Part shown: one piece after another, positions 1 through 7,167 of the stretch | Layout of the letters: every line of letters starts with the position of its first letter | Position numbering within the stretch: the stretch's first letter is position 1 | Assembly (NCBI GenBank): GCA_017623895.1 | Contig: JAGAOB010000022.1 | Location: 1-24,000 of the forward strand | Length of the DNA stretch: 24,000 nt | Direction of reading: 5' to 3' | Source of the DNA: Clostridia bacterium | GTDB taxonomy: Bacteria > Bacillota > Clostridia > Oscillospirales > UBA644 | Program-made: the position numbers and the translations under genes | Notes under the pieces: model-generated | Database searches by the model: none | Told to the model about the DNA's origin: nothing | What the model saw: only the letters and a program-made list of their open reading frames with translations

Positions 1-411
1 TCCACCAATATGTCCAAGGAAGACGTGGAAAAGGCCGTTCAGGACGCAGAAAAATTCGCAGAAGAAGACAAGAAGCGTCGGGAAGAGGTCGAGATCCGCA
101 ACAACGCAGATCAAATGATCTATCAATGCGAAAAATCGATGAACGATATGGGCGACAAGCTGAACGATGCGGACAAAGCACCTGTCAACGAACAAATCGA
201 AACTTTGAAGCAGGCCGTCAAGGGCAACGATACCGAGACGATCAAAAAAGAAACCGAAGAGCTGCAACAAAGATTCTATAAGATTGCAGAAAAGATCTAC
301 GCTCAGCAACAGCCTCAAGGCAATGTTGCCCCCGACGGTGCAGCCGCAGACGGAGCCGCCGCAGACGGAAACGTTACCGTGGACGACTTCAAGGTTGACG
401 ACAACGACTAA
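1..411 (+). CDS. dnaK: Chaperone DnaK (Hsp70), C-terminal fragment; the 5' end lies upstream of the window
   Basis: Frame 1 is open from base 1; the track only shows the internal Met at 10. EDVEKAVQDAEKFAEEDKKRREEVEIRNNADQMIYQCEK... is a typical Hsp70 lid/C-terminal tail. dnaJ follows directly. TAA at 409-411. Confidence 0.85.
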   Translation, partial: STNMSKEDVEKAVQDAEKFAEEDKKRREEVEIRNNADQMIYQCEKSMNDMGDKLNDADKAPVNEQIETLKQAVKGNDTETIKKETEELQQRFYKIAEKIYAQQQPQGNVAPDGAAADGAAADGNVTVDDFKVDDND

Positions 412-425
412 TTCATAAAAAACCG

Positions 426-457
426 CATATCAAGGGGAGATCGTTCCCCTTGATATG
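426..457 (+). terminator. Perfect 13-bp hairpin between dnaK and dnaJ (partial terminator or mRNA-stabilising stem)
   Basis: catatcaagggga (426-438), loop gatcgt, tccccttgatatg (445-457). Only a weak T run (ttatgt) follows, so attenuation or processing is more likely than full termination. Confidence 0.5.
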
Positions 458-475
458 TTATGTAAGAGGAACACA

Positions 476-1642
476 ATGGCTGACAAACGTGATTTTTACG
501 AGGTACTTGGGGTAGAAAAAACCGCAAGCGCAGACGAGCTGAAGCGGGCCTACCGCCAAATGGCAAAAAAGTACCACCCCGACCTCAATCCGGGACACAA
601 AGAAGCGGAGCAGAAATTCAAGGAAGTCAACGAGGCGTACGAGGTGCTGTCCGATACGGAAAAGCGGTCCCGATACGACCAATTCGGGCATGCGGGCGTT
701 GACCCAAATTTCGGAGCCGGCGCAGGCGGCGGCTACGGGGGCTACGGCGGAGCTTATACAAACGTAGACCTTGGCGACATTTTCGGCGACGTATTCGGAA
801 ATTTCTTTGGTGGTGGAGGTTCTTCCCGCAGGCGCTCATCGGCAATCCCCGGCGACGACGTGGATACGAAGCTGACACTAACCTTTGAAGAGGCACTGTT
901 CGGATGCAAAAAGTCCGTAACCATCACCCGAAAGGAAAACTGCAGTGAGTGTAACGGAACGGGTGCCGCAAAGGGAACGACGGCAGAAACCTGTCCTACC
1001 TGTCGCGGAACGGGACGCGTCCGAACGGTTCAACAGACGATGTTCGGCGCAATGCAAAGCGAGCGAACCTGCACCAACTGCTACGGAACGGGGAAAATCA
1101 TTAAAACACCCTGCAAAAACTGTAACGGAACAGGGCAGGAACGAAAGCAAAGAACCATTACGGTAAACATCCCCGCAGGCATTGCAAACGGACAGGTCAT
1201 TACGTTGAACGGACAAGGATGTGCGGGTATCAAGGGCGGCCCTGCGGGAGACCTGAACATCTCCGTTTCCGTCCGTCCCCACGCGATATTTGAACGGAAA
1301 AACTTTGATTTGTTCTGCGATTTTCCCGTTACCTTCCCGCAGGCTGCATTGGGCTGCGAAATTGAAGTCCCCCTGCCCGACGGTACGAAGACGGTGCAAA
1401 AGGTGGAGACGGGAATCCAAAGCGGAACGGTATTGAACCTGAAGGGAAAGGGTGTCCCCTATCTGAATTCCAAAGGAAAGGGAAATCTGTACCTGCGCAT
1501 CGTAGTGGAAACACCGAAAAATCTCAATTCCCGACAAAAGGAATTGCTGAAGGAATTTGATGCCATCGAAAACAAACGCACCTACGAAAAAAAGAGCTCC
1601 TTTGCCGATAAGGTAAAGAAATTTTTAGGTGCAGACGATTGA
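476..1642 (+). CDS. dnaJ: Co-chaperone DnaJ (Hsp40)
   Basis: J domain with [10 protein letters not shown] (HPD motif), a G/F-rich linker and four CxxCxGxG zinc motifs ([32 protein letters not shown]). I start at ATG 476 ([13 protein letters not shown]), which has AGAGGA 6 nt upstream, not the track Met at 455, which lies inside the hairpin. Confidence 0.95.
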   Translation: MADKRDFYEVLGVEKTASADELKRAYRQMAKKYHPDLNPGHKEAEQKFKEVNEAYEVLSDTEKRSRYDQFGHAGVDPNFGAGAGGGYGGYGGAYTNVDLGDIFGDVFGNFFGGGGSSRRRSSAIPGDDVDTKLTLTFEEALFGCKKSVTITRKENCSECNGTGAAKGTTAETCPTCRGTGRVRTVQQTMFGAMQSERTCTNCYGTGKIIKTPCKNCNGTGQERKQRTITVNIPAGIANGQVITLNGQGCAGIKGGPAGDLNISVSVRPHAIFERKNFDLFCDFPVTFPQAALGCEIEVPLPDGTKTVQKVETGIQSGTVLNLKGKGVPYLNSKGKGNLYLRIVVETPKNLNSRQKELLKEFDAIENKRTYEKKSSFADKVKKFLGADD

Positions 1643-1655
1643 CTTTATAAAAACA

Positions 1656-1686
1656 GAAGCGTCGGAATTTTCCGACGCTTCTTTAT
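1656..1686. terminator. Bidirectional rho-independent terminator shared by convergent dnaJ and cls
   Basis: gaagcgtcggaa (1656-1667), loop tt, ttccgacgcttc (1670-1681). T-rich on the + side (tttatt) and, on the - strand, followed by gtttttat. Confidence 0.7.
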
Positions 1687-3209
1687 TACATTAACGGAGC
1701 AAAAATACGAAGAAAAGCGAGAAACATCCGCTTCCAGGCAGGAATTCGTCGAATGCTGTTGGCAGTGACCTGAAGACATTTTGCCTGGGTTTTCAAAAAG
1801 TCGTCCCGAATATCCTTTACACATTCCGTTCCATACATCCACACGGCACATTCCTGATGCAGATAAAGGCTACGGTAGTCTAAATTAATCGTCCCTACCA
1901 CCGCGGTATTATCGTCGGAAACAGCGGATTTCGCGTGAATAAAGCCTGGGGTATATTCGTAAATTTTAACCCCTGCCTCCAGCAATACGGGATAGTACGA
2001 ACGGGTAAGAAAGTAAACTACCTTCTTATCGGGGATGCCGGGAGTAATAATCCGAACGTCGATCCCTGCCTTCGCGGAAACGGTAAGGGCTTTGATCATA
2101 TTGCTGTCGATGATCAGGTAAGGGGTCGTAATGTAAACGTATTTTTGCGCTTTATTCAAGAAATTAATATACATATTCTCCCCCACGGTTTCGGGGGAAT
2201 CGGGAGAAGAACCGAAGGGCTGCACATATCCCTCCGCGCAAACCTTCTGCGTGGGTGCATATTGGGAGAAATCGGAAAAATCCCCACGGTAGAATTCCCA
2301 AACGGACAGAAACATTCTCGTTAAGCCGAAAACACCGTTTCCCCGAAGACGAACGGCGGTGTCCTTCCAATGACCGTGTTTTTTGACGCGATTGATGTAT
2401 TCGTCGGAAAGATTAATTCCCCCCGTATAACCGATGTTTCCGTCGATAACGCAAATCTTGCGATGATCTCTATTATTGAAACGAGAGTTAAAAATATGAC
2501 GAAACCGATTAAAGGGACAACAACGAATTCCCTTTTTCTCCATCTGTTGAGGAAAGTCTCCGGGAAGAAGGAATACGCATCCCAAATCATCGTACATCAA
2601 TCGAACGTCCACACCCTCCCGTGCTTTTTCCTCCAGAATCGAGAGAATCTTGGACCACATCTCCCCTTCGCTTATAATGAAATACTCAAGAAAGATGAAT
2701 TGCTTTGCAGATTTCAGATCGTCGAGCAAGGATTCAAACATCAATTCTCCCACAGGGAAATACTGTACATCGGTCTCGTCGTATAGCGTGGCGCTTGCGT
2801 GATTTTCAAGATAACGCGCTTGAAACGCTGCCGCGGAACTGACCTTCTCCAACTGCTCTACGGAGGAATTTTTCTCCCACCGATCTTCGTTGAGCCGCTT
2901 TGAAATCACTGAAATGCGACGACGTGCCCGCTTACTCAAAACCTTGTGTCCGAAGATGAGATACAGCCCTCCTCCAAACACGGGAAAAACCAAAATAGGG
3001 ATAATCCACGCGATCTTGTATTCGGGACATCCGTCCTTCAAAACGATGCGCATCACCGCAATAGCGGAGAGTATCGTACAGAACAGCAAAAACCAGCTTC
3101 CGTAATCGGAAAAGAACAAAAACAACGCAACGTAGATACCGATTTGCAAAAGTACCGTAAGGGCAAGCGCTGCGATGCGAAACCATACCGTACCGAAAAT
3201 ACGTTTCAT
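1686..3209 (-). CDS. cls: Cardiolipin synthase (phospholipase D superfamily)
   Basis: Two HKD motifs (HRKICVIDGNIGYTGGINL and HAKSAVSDDNTAVVGTINLD). N-terminal double TM segment. 507 aa is the typical length. GGAGAGGATGG lies upstream of the ATG. Confidence 0.9.
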   Translation of the reverse strand: MKRIFGTVWFRIAALALTVLLQIGIYVALFLFFSDYGSWFLLFCTILSAIAVMRIVLKDGCPEYKIAWIIPILVFPVFGGGLYLIFGHKVLSKRARRRISVISKRLNEDRWEKNSSVEQLEKVSSAAAFQARYLENHASATLYDETDVQYFPVGELMFESLLDDLKSAKQFIFLEYFIISEGEMWSKILSILEEKAREGVDVRLMYDDLGCVFLLPGDFPQQMEKKGIRCCPFNRFRHIFNSRFNNRDHRKICVIDGNIGYTGGINLSDEYINRVKKHGHWKDTAVRLRGNGVFGLTRMFLSVWEFYRGDFSDFSQYAPTQKVCAEGYVQPFGSSPDSPETVGENMYINFLNKAQKYVYITTPYLIIDSNMIKALTVSAKAGIDVRIITPGIPDKKVVYFLTRSYYPVLLEAGVKIYEYTPGFIHAKSAVSDDNTAVVGTINLDYRSLYLHQECAVWMYGTECVKDIRDDFLKTQAKCLQVTANSIRRIPAWKRMFLAFLRIFAPLM

Positions 3210-3242
3210 AGTACCATCCTCTCCATATCGGTATTTGACTTA

Positions 3243-3272
3243 ATTATATCAGAAAAAGCATTCATTTGTCAA
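3243..3272 (-). promoter_or_regulatory. Sigma-A type promoter for cls
   Basis: The - strand reads TTGACA (3272-3267), an 18-nt spacer, then TATAAT (3248-3243), about 30 nt upstream of the cls start. Confidence 0.55.
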
Positions 3273-3299
3273 GAAATTCTTTCAATTTCCGAAAAAAGG

Positions 3300-3328
3300 T
3301 TGCTTTTCCGAAAAAAATGTGCTATAAT
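3300..3328 (+). promoter_or_regulatory. Sigma-A type promoter with extended -10 for the repeat-protein gene
   Basis: TTGCTT (3300-3305), a 17-nt spacer ending in TGc, then TATAAT (3323-3328). About 45 nt upstream of ATG 3378. Confidence 0.6.
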
Positions 3329-3377
3329 AAATTCGATTATAATGCACAACGATTGTTTTCCTGAAAGGATGAAGGGT

Positions 3378-5564
3378 ATGGATCCGAAATTTCTTGAGGA
3401 ATTGCAAAAACTGAAGGAAGAAAAAAACGCATCCCAAGAGAAGATTGATCTTGGGCAATTTGCCATCCCCGATTTTGATGACGTTGAAGTGCCCGACGAT
3501 GATCTGGGAGCAAAAACCGAAGCGGAAATTGCGGGCGGCACCATTAAGTTCGAACGAGTCACCCCCGATACAAAGCCTCAGACTCCGCCGTCCCCCGGAG
3601 GACGCCGCGGAAAAAATCCGACGCGTCCCGTAATTGACGAAAAAACGCGGAAAAGGCGGGCCAAAACACGTAAGACCATATTGATCTCCCTTTCCTCCTC
3701 ATTGGCGGTGATCGGGATTCTTTTGGTGGTCTTTTTTGGGGTACGGAATGCAAATATGAAGAATTACACCTATCCGTACCTTGGGATGGGTATCGCCATT
3801 GACAACGGGGAAAACCAATATTCTTTCTTTGGGAATCTGAAGGAAATCACCCAATACGGCACCATCGGGCAGGTAGAAGCAATTGCGGAATTCAAGAATG
3901 GAAACTGCGTCAAGGAAACTGCCTACACCCCCGAAGGAGACGTAAAATATTACTACTCCCACGAATACGACGGAAAAACTCGTATTCTTTCCTCCTATTA
4001 CGAGGACGGTCAGATGGTTACTTCGGTAAAATACACCGAGAGTGAAAACGGGACCATTCAAGCAGAGACCACGTACTATTTGGAAGAAGCACGCGTGGAA
4101 ACTGCGATTTTGACCTTGACAGAGGCGGGAGACGTTGCCCTTGCGGAGTATTATAGCGGAACGCTTTTGACTCACAAAAAGAAGTACGATGGAACGTTGG
4201 TAACGGAAGAAACCGCTTACAAGGAAGACGGTGCGACCGTTCTTTCCCGTATTACCTACGAGTATAATGCAAAAAAGCAGCTCTTGACTCGGACTGAATA
4301 CGATGCAAACAATGCCATTCAAGGAAGAACCTCAAACCAATACAACGAAAAGAATCTTCTGACCAAAACCATTTACTACGATGGAAACGCAGAGATTATC
4401 GAGTACGAAACCTTTAACTACGATCTGAACAACAACCCCATCAAGCAGGTAAAATATACCGGAGATGGGACGATGAAGTATCAAATTTTGAAGGTATTCA
4501 ACGATAAGGGCAGAGTGACGAAGGAAACTTCCCTGAAGACCGACGGCTCCATCGATTATTGCTACGGATACGATTACGACAAGGACGGATACGTTTCCAA
4601 ATCCATCGTCTATAACACAGAAAACGCGGTCCTCGTAGATCGATATACGTTATACACCCGCAATAAGATCGGATCTGTCACCCGAAGTGACACCTACAAT
4701 TCCTCCAACGTTCTCATTGAAAAAACGTCCTTTAACGAATTTGGCTTTGCAACCTCGTCTTCAAAATTCAACGACAATGGGATTCTCATCCTGGAGCAAA
4801 AAACAAAATACGACGGAAAGCAGCGCATCAACCAACGGGAGGAAACGATCTTTGATGACCGAGGCAGCAAACTCTCGTATTTAAACGAGCAGCTCAACGA
4901 AAAAGGGCTTGTCACCGTTCGCATTATAGAAAACGTGACGGAAGCGACCTACGAGCAATTCCTGTTCGTTTATCACAACGACGGGTGGAAGCTGCAGGAA
5001 ACGCTGTTCGACAAATCGGGAAAAACGATCTGCGACAAAATCTTCGATCAAGAACAGAACGTCCTTTCCGAATCCTTGTTTGAGGATGGAAAACAAATCA
5101 CCTATAACGAATACACGTACGATACCAAAGGACAGATCCTGCTGAAAACTTCCCTTGACATCGCCACCGGAACCCATCGGAAGTATCATCACACCTACGA
5201 TGAAAAGAACATTCTGGTCTCTGTTTTGGAAACGGATTTCTCCGACGTGCCCTTGCGATTGGATATGCTGAACGAAAAAGGCCTCGTTTCGATCCGAACC
5301 AACTACGACGAGATAGGCGAGGAAAAGGACTATTATCGCTACGAATATGACGAAATGGATCGCGTCATCGTTTCGGAATACTATATGCCCGACGGGTCTT
5401 TGATTGAAAAAACCGTGTATTACTACCGCGAAAACGGCGAATACGACTATACAGTCTACGATCAATTCGGCCTCGTGATTGAAGACACCCGATTCCCGGA
5501 ACTCAACTCGGATTTAGAGGATGACAAACCGACGGCCGACGATGAAGACCAAGAAAATTCCTAA
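3378..5564 (+). CDS. Hypothetical type-II membrane protein (728 aa) with a large YD/RHS-like repeat ectodomain
   Basis: The long ORF (track 2946..5564) is trimmed to ATG 3378: GAAAGGA lies 8 nt upstream, and the upstream part overlaps cls and the promoters. An N-terminal acidic/Pro-rich region of about 100 aa is followed by RKRRAKTRKT and the TM helix ILISLSSSLAVIGILLVVFFGV. About 600 aa of degenerate [YF]x[YF][DN]xxGxhxxxxxYxxDG units follow, e.g. YTYDTKGQILLKTS, YGYDYDKDGYVSKSIVY, YEYDEMDRVIVSEYYMPDGSLIEKTVYYY. The tail is acidic. Confidence 0.8.
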   Translation: MDPKFLEELQKLKEEKNASQEKIDLGQFAIPDFDDVEVPDDDLGAKTEAEIAGGTIKFERVTPDTKPQTPPSPGGRRGKNPTRPVIDEKTRKRRAKTRKTILISLSSSLAVIGILLVVFFGVRNANMKNYTYPYLGMGIAIDNGENQYSFFGNLKEITQYGTIGQVEAIAEFKNGNCVKETAYTPEGDVKYYYSHEYDGKTRILSSYYEDGQMVTSVKYTESENGTIQAETTYYLEEARVETAILTLTEAGDVALAEYYSGTLLTHKKKYDGTLVTEETAYKEDGATVLSRITYEYNAKKQLLTRTEYDANNAIQGRTSNQYNEKNLLTKTIYYDGNAEIIEYETFNYDLNNNPIKQVKYTGDGTMKYQILKVFNDKGRVTKETSLKTDGSIDYCYGYDYDKDGYVSKSIVYNTENAVLVDRYTLYTRNKIGSVTRSDTYNSSNVLIEKTSFNEFGFATSSSKFNDNGILILEQKTKYDGKQRINQREETIFDDRGSKLSYLNEQLNEKGLVTVRIIENVTEATYEQFLFVYHNDGWKLQETLFDKSGKTICDKIFDQEQNVLSESLFEDGKQITYNEYTYDTKGQILLKTSLDIATGTHRKYHHTYDEKNILVSVLETDFSDVPLRLDMLNEKGLVSIRTNYDEIGEEKDYYRYEYDEMDRVIVSEYYMPDGSLIEKTVYYYRENGEYDYTVYDQFGLVIEDTRFPELNSDLEDDKPTADDEDQENS

Positions 5565-5572
5565 AAGAATTT

Positions 5573-5604
5573 CTCCCCTTGAAAAATTCAAGGGGAGTTT
5601 TTTT
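5573..5604. terminator. Bidirectional rho-independent terminator (repeat-protein gene / Toprim gene)
   Basis: ctccccttgaa (5573-5583), loop aaa, ttcaaggggag (5587-5597), then ttttttt (5598-5604). On the - strand the same stem follows the TAA of the Toprim gene. Confidence 0.75.
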
Positions 5605-6178
5605 ATAAAATCGTTTCGGTCTCCTGAAGAAATTCCTCTCGGGTACGCAGTAAATTAAGAATTTCCAAAAATTTGCGGGGAGAAAGGTGAGCAGGAAGTC
5701 CGAGGACATTTTGATAGGCGGCACGGCGTTTTTTGCTGTCTGAAGCGCCGAGCAGTCCTGCATTATACAGGTCTGTATTGGTAACGGGGTCTCTCGTTTC
5801 CTTCTTGGGAGATGAGGCAAATTCCAAAATCGAAGAAAGAACGGATTCTTCCATTCCTTCTACCCCAAGCTTTCCTTCGGAAGAGAAATGCTGCTTGCGC
5901 TTTTCCTTCCCAAAGCGGTCGGGAATATAAGCGTTTTGAATGTATTCGGGACCGATCGCCCCAATCAGATAATTGCGGATCGCCATCCCGGAACGATCGG
6001 AATCGGTCAAAAGGATCAGGCCCTTTTCCTTTGCGAGGGTGCGCAACGTTTCCAGCGTTTCATCATCCGAAAAAATTCCAAAGCCGCCCGTTTCCACGAT
6101 GACACCGTCCACGACCTTGGAAAGGGCAATGCGATCTTATTTCCCCTCTACTACAATGACGCGGTCAACGTGAATCAT
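5603..6178 (-). pseudogene. rnmV: RNase M5-like Toprim domain protein interrupted by an in-frame TAA at 6137-6139
   Basis: ATG 6178-6176 has GGAGG upstream and overlaps the holA TGA in an ATGA junction. The reading is MIHVDRVIVVEGK*DRIALSKVVDGVIVETGGFG...LLTDSDRSG... The stop sits where B. subtilis RNase M5 (recalled from memory) has EGRDD. The C-terminal half (KLGVEG...KKRRAAYQNVLGLP...) also resembles RNase M5. The track ORF 5603..6112 is only the portion downstream of the stop, from a GTG. Confidence 0.6.
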
Positions 6179-7167
6179 AAAACCTCCATCGCTTTGGTTA
6201 AAAGCTGAACAACCAAGAGATCAGGGTCCGCGGAGGAGGATTTGGACGCGACGTCGATTTGGGAACAAAACTCCATCAATTCATCCAGGCGCTCCGATGG
6301 AATCTGATGCAAAAATCTCTCGTATCGCCGAACGAGAAAGGGCATACACCCTGTTTCGTCGGCACGGACCGATTCGGGACAAGATTCCAACGCCTTCAGC
6401 TTATATAGGGCGGCAAAGCAGGAGAACAAGGACCCCAAAATCATTTGAGGAGGGGTGCGCAGGGCTCTCAGGTCGTTCAAGACCTCGAAAACGCGATCAG
6501 ATTTCTTTTCCAGAATCAAATCGTTCAATTCATACGCCCGTGCCTGCACGGTCTTTACACACAGCATTTCCAAAGCGTCCCGCGTCACGGAGCCGTGGCA
6601 ATAGGCTGATATCTTCTCGATCTCGGTAAGCATAAACTCCATATTCCGCTCTTCCACGGAAAGGAAGTACGCCACGTCTTCCGAAGAAATGGAACAACCT
6701 CTCCGACGAAACTGCTGGGTGACCCATCGAGCGAGCGTGGCGTCATCCACCGTTTTAATCTCCAAATAAAGACCGTCCCGCTTCACGCGGGCTTTCAAGT
6801 CCTGAAAGGATTTGGTACGGGCATCGGGAGACTCGGTTTGCTGATAAATAATAACCACCGTATCCTCGGGAATCTCGCAATCCTCCCCCGCCAAAAACTC
6901 TGCAACCGCAGAAGAAGCGGGAAGATCCGAAATCAATAGAACTTTGTACTCGCCCATAGGACAAAGCCAAAGCTCCTCGGAAAAGGACTCCGACGGCAGG
7001 GTCTTTCCTTCGTAGCGGTGCAGATCGGTATCCGTGTTGTCGGGCAGAATCGCAGTGATCAACGACTGCAGATAAAACCGCTTCAGATAAGGCTCACTTC
7101 CGCAAAAATAGTACAAACGGCGAAAGCTCCTGCTTTGAATATCCTGCGTTAACCGTTCAAGACTCAT
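6175..7167 (-). CDS. holA: DNA polymerase III delta subunit
   Basis: 330 aa. The N-terminal LYYFCGSEPYLKRFYL is of the delta-subunit type. It sits immediately downstream of comEC, as in Bacillus and Clostridia. Confidence 0.8.
   Translation of the reverse strand: MSLERLTQDIQSRSFRRLYYFCGSEPYLKRFYLQSLITAILPDNTDTDLHRYEGKTLPSESFSEELWLCPMGEYKVLLISDLPASSAVAEFLAGEDCEIPEDTVVIIYQQTESPDARTKSFQDLKARVKRDGLYLEIKTVDDATLARWVTQQFRRRGCSISSEDVAYFLSVEERNMEFMLTEIEKISAYCHGSVTRDALEMLCVKTVQARAYELNDLILEKKSDRVFEVLNDLRALRTPPQMILGSLFSCFAALYKLKALESCPESVRADETGCMPFLVRRYERFLHQIPSERLDELMEFCSQIDVASKSSSADPDLLVVQLLTKAMEVL

Noticed and set aside
330-375. Short tandem repeat gcagccgcagacgga / gccgccgcagacgga (AADGAAADG) near the dnaK 3' end
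   Set aside because: It lies in the naturally variable, low-complexity C-terminal tail of Hsp70 proteins. The Gly/Tyr/Phe-rich run in dnaJ (about 700-830) is likewise the normal G/F linker.
2946-3377. 144-codon N-terminal extension of the repeat-protein ORF (track start 2946)
   Set aside because: This part overlaps the cls coding region on the opposite strand and runs through both divergent promoters. The promoter at 3300-3328 and the RBS before ATG 3378 define the real start.
426-5604. Shared tccccttga core in the dnaK-dnaJ hairpin (426-457) and the terminator at 5573-5604, suggesting a dispersed palindromic element family
   Set aside because: There are only two instances, with different loops, flanks and stem lengths. 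A 9-nt match inside GC-rich stems is easily coincidental. A genome-wide count would be needed before calling it a repeat family.
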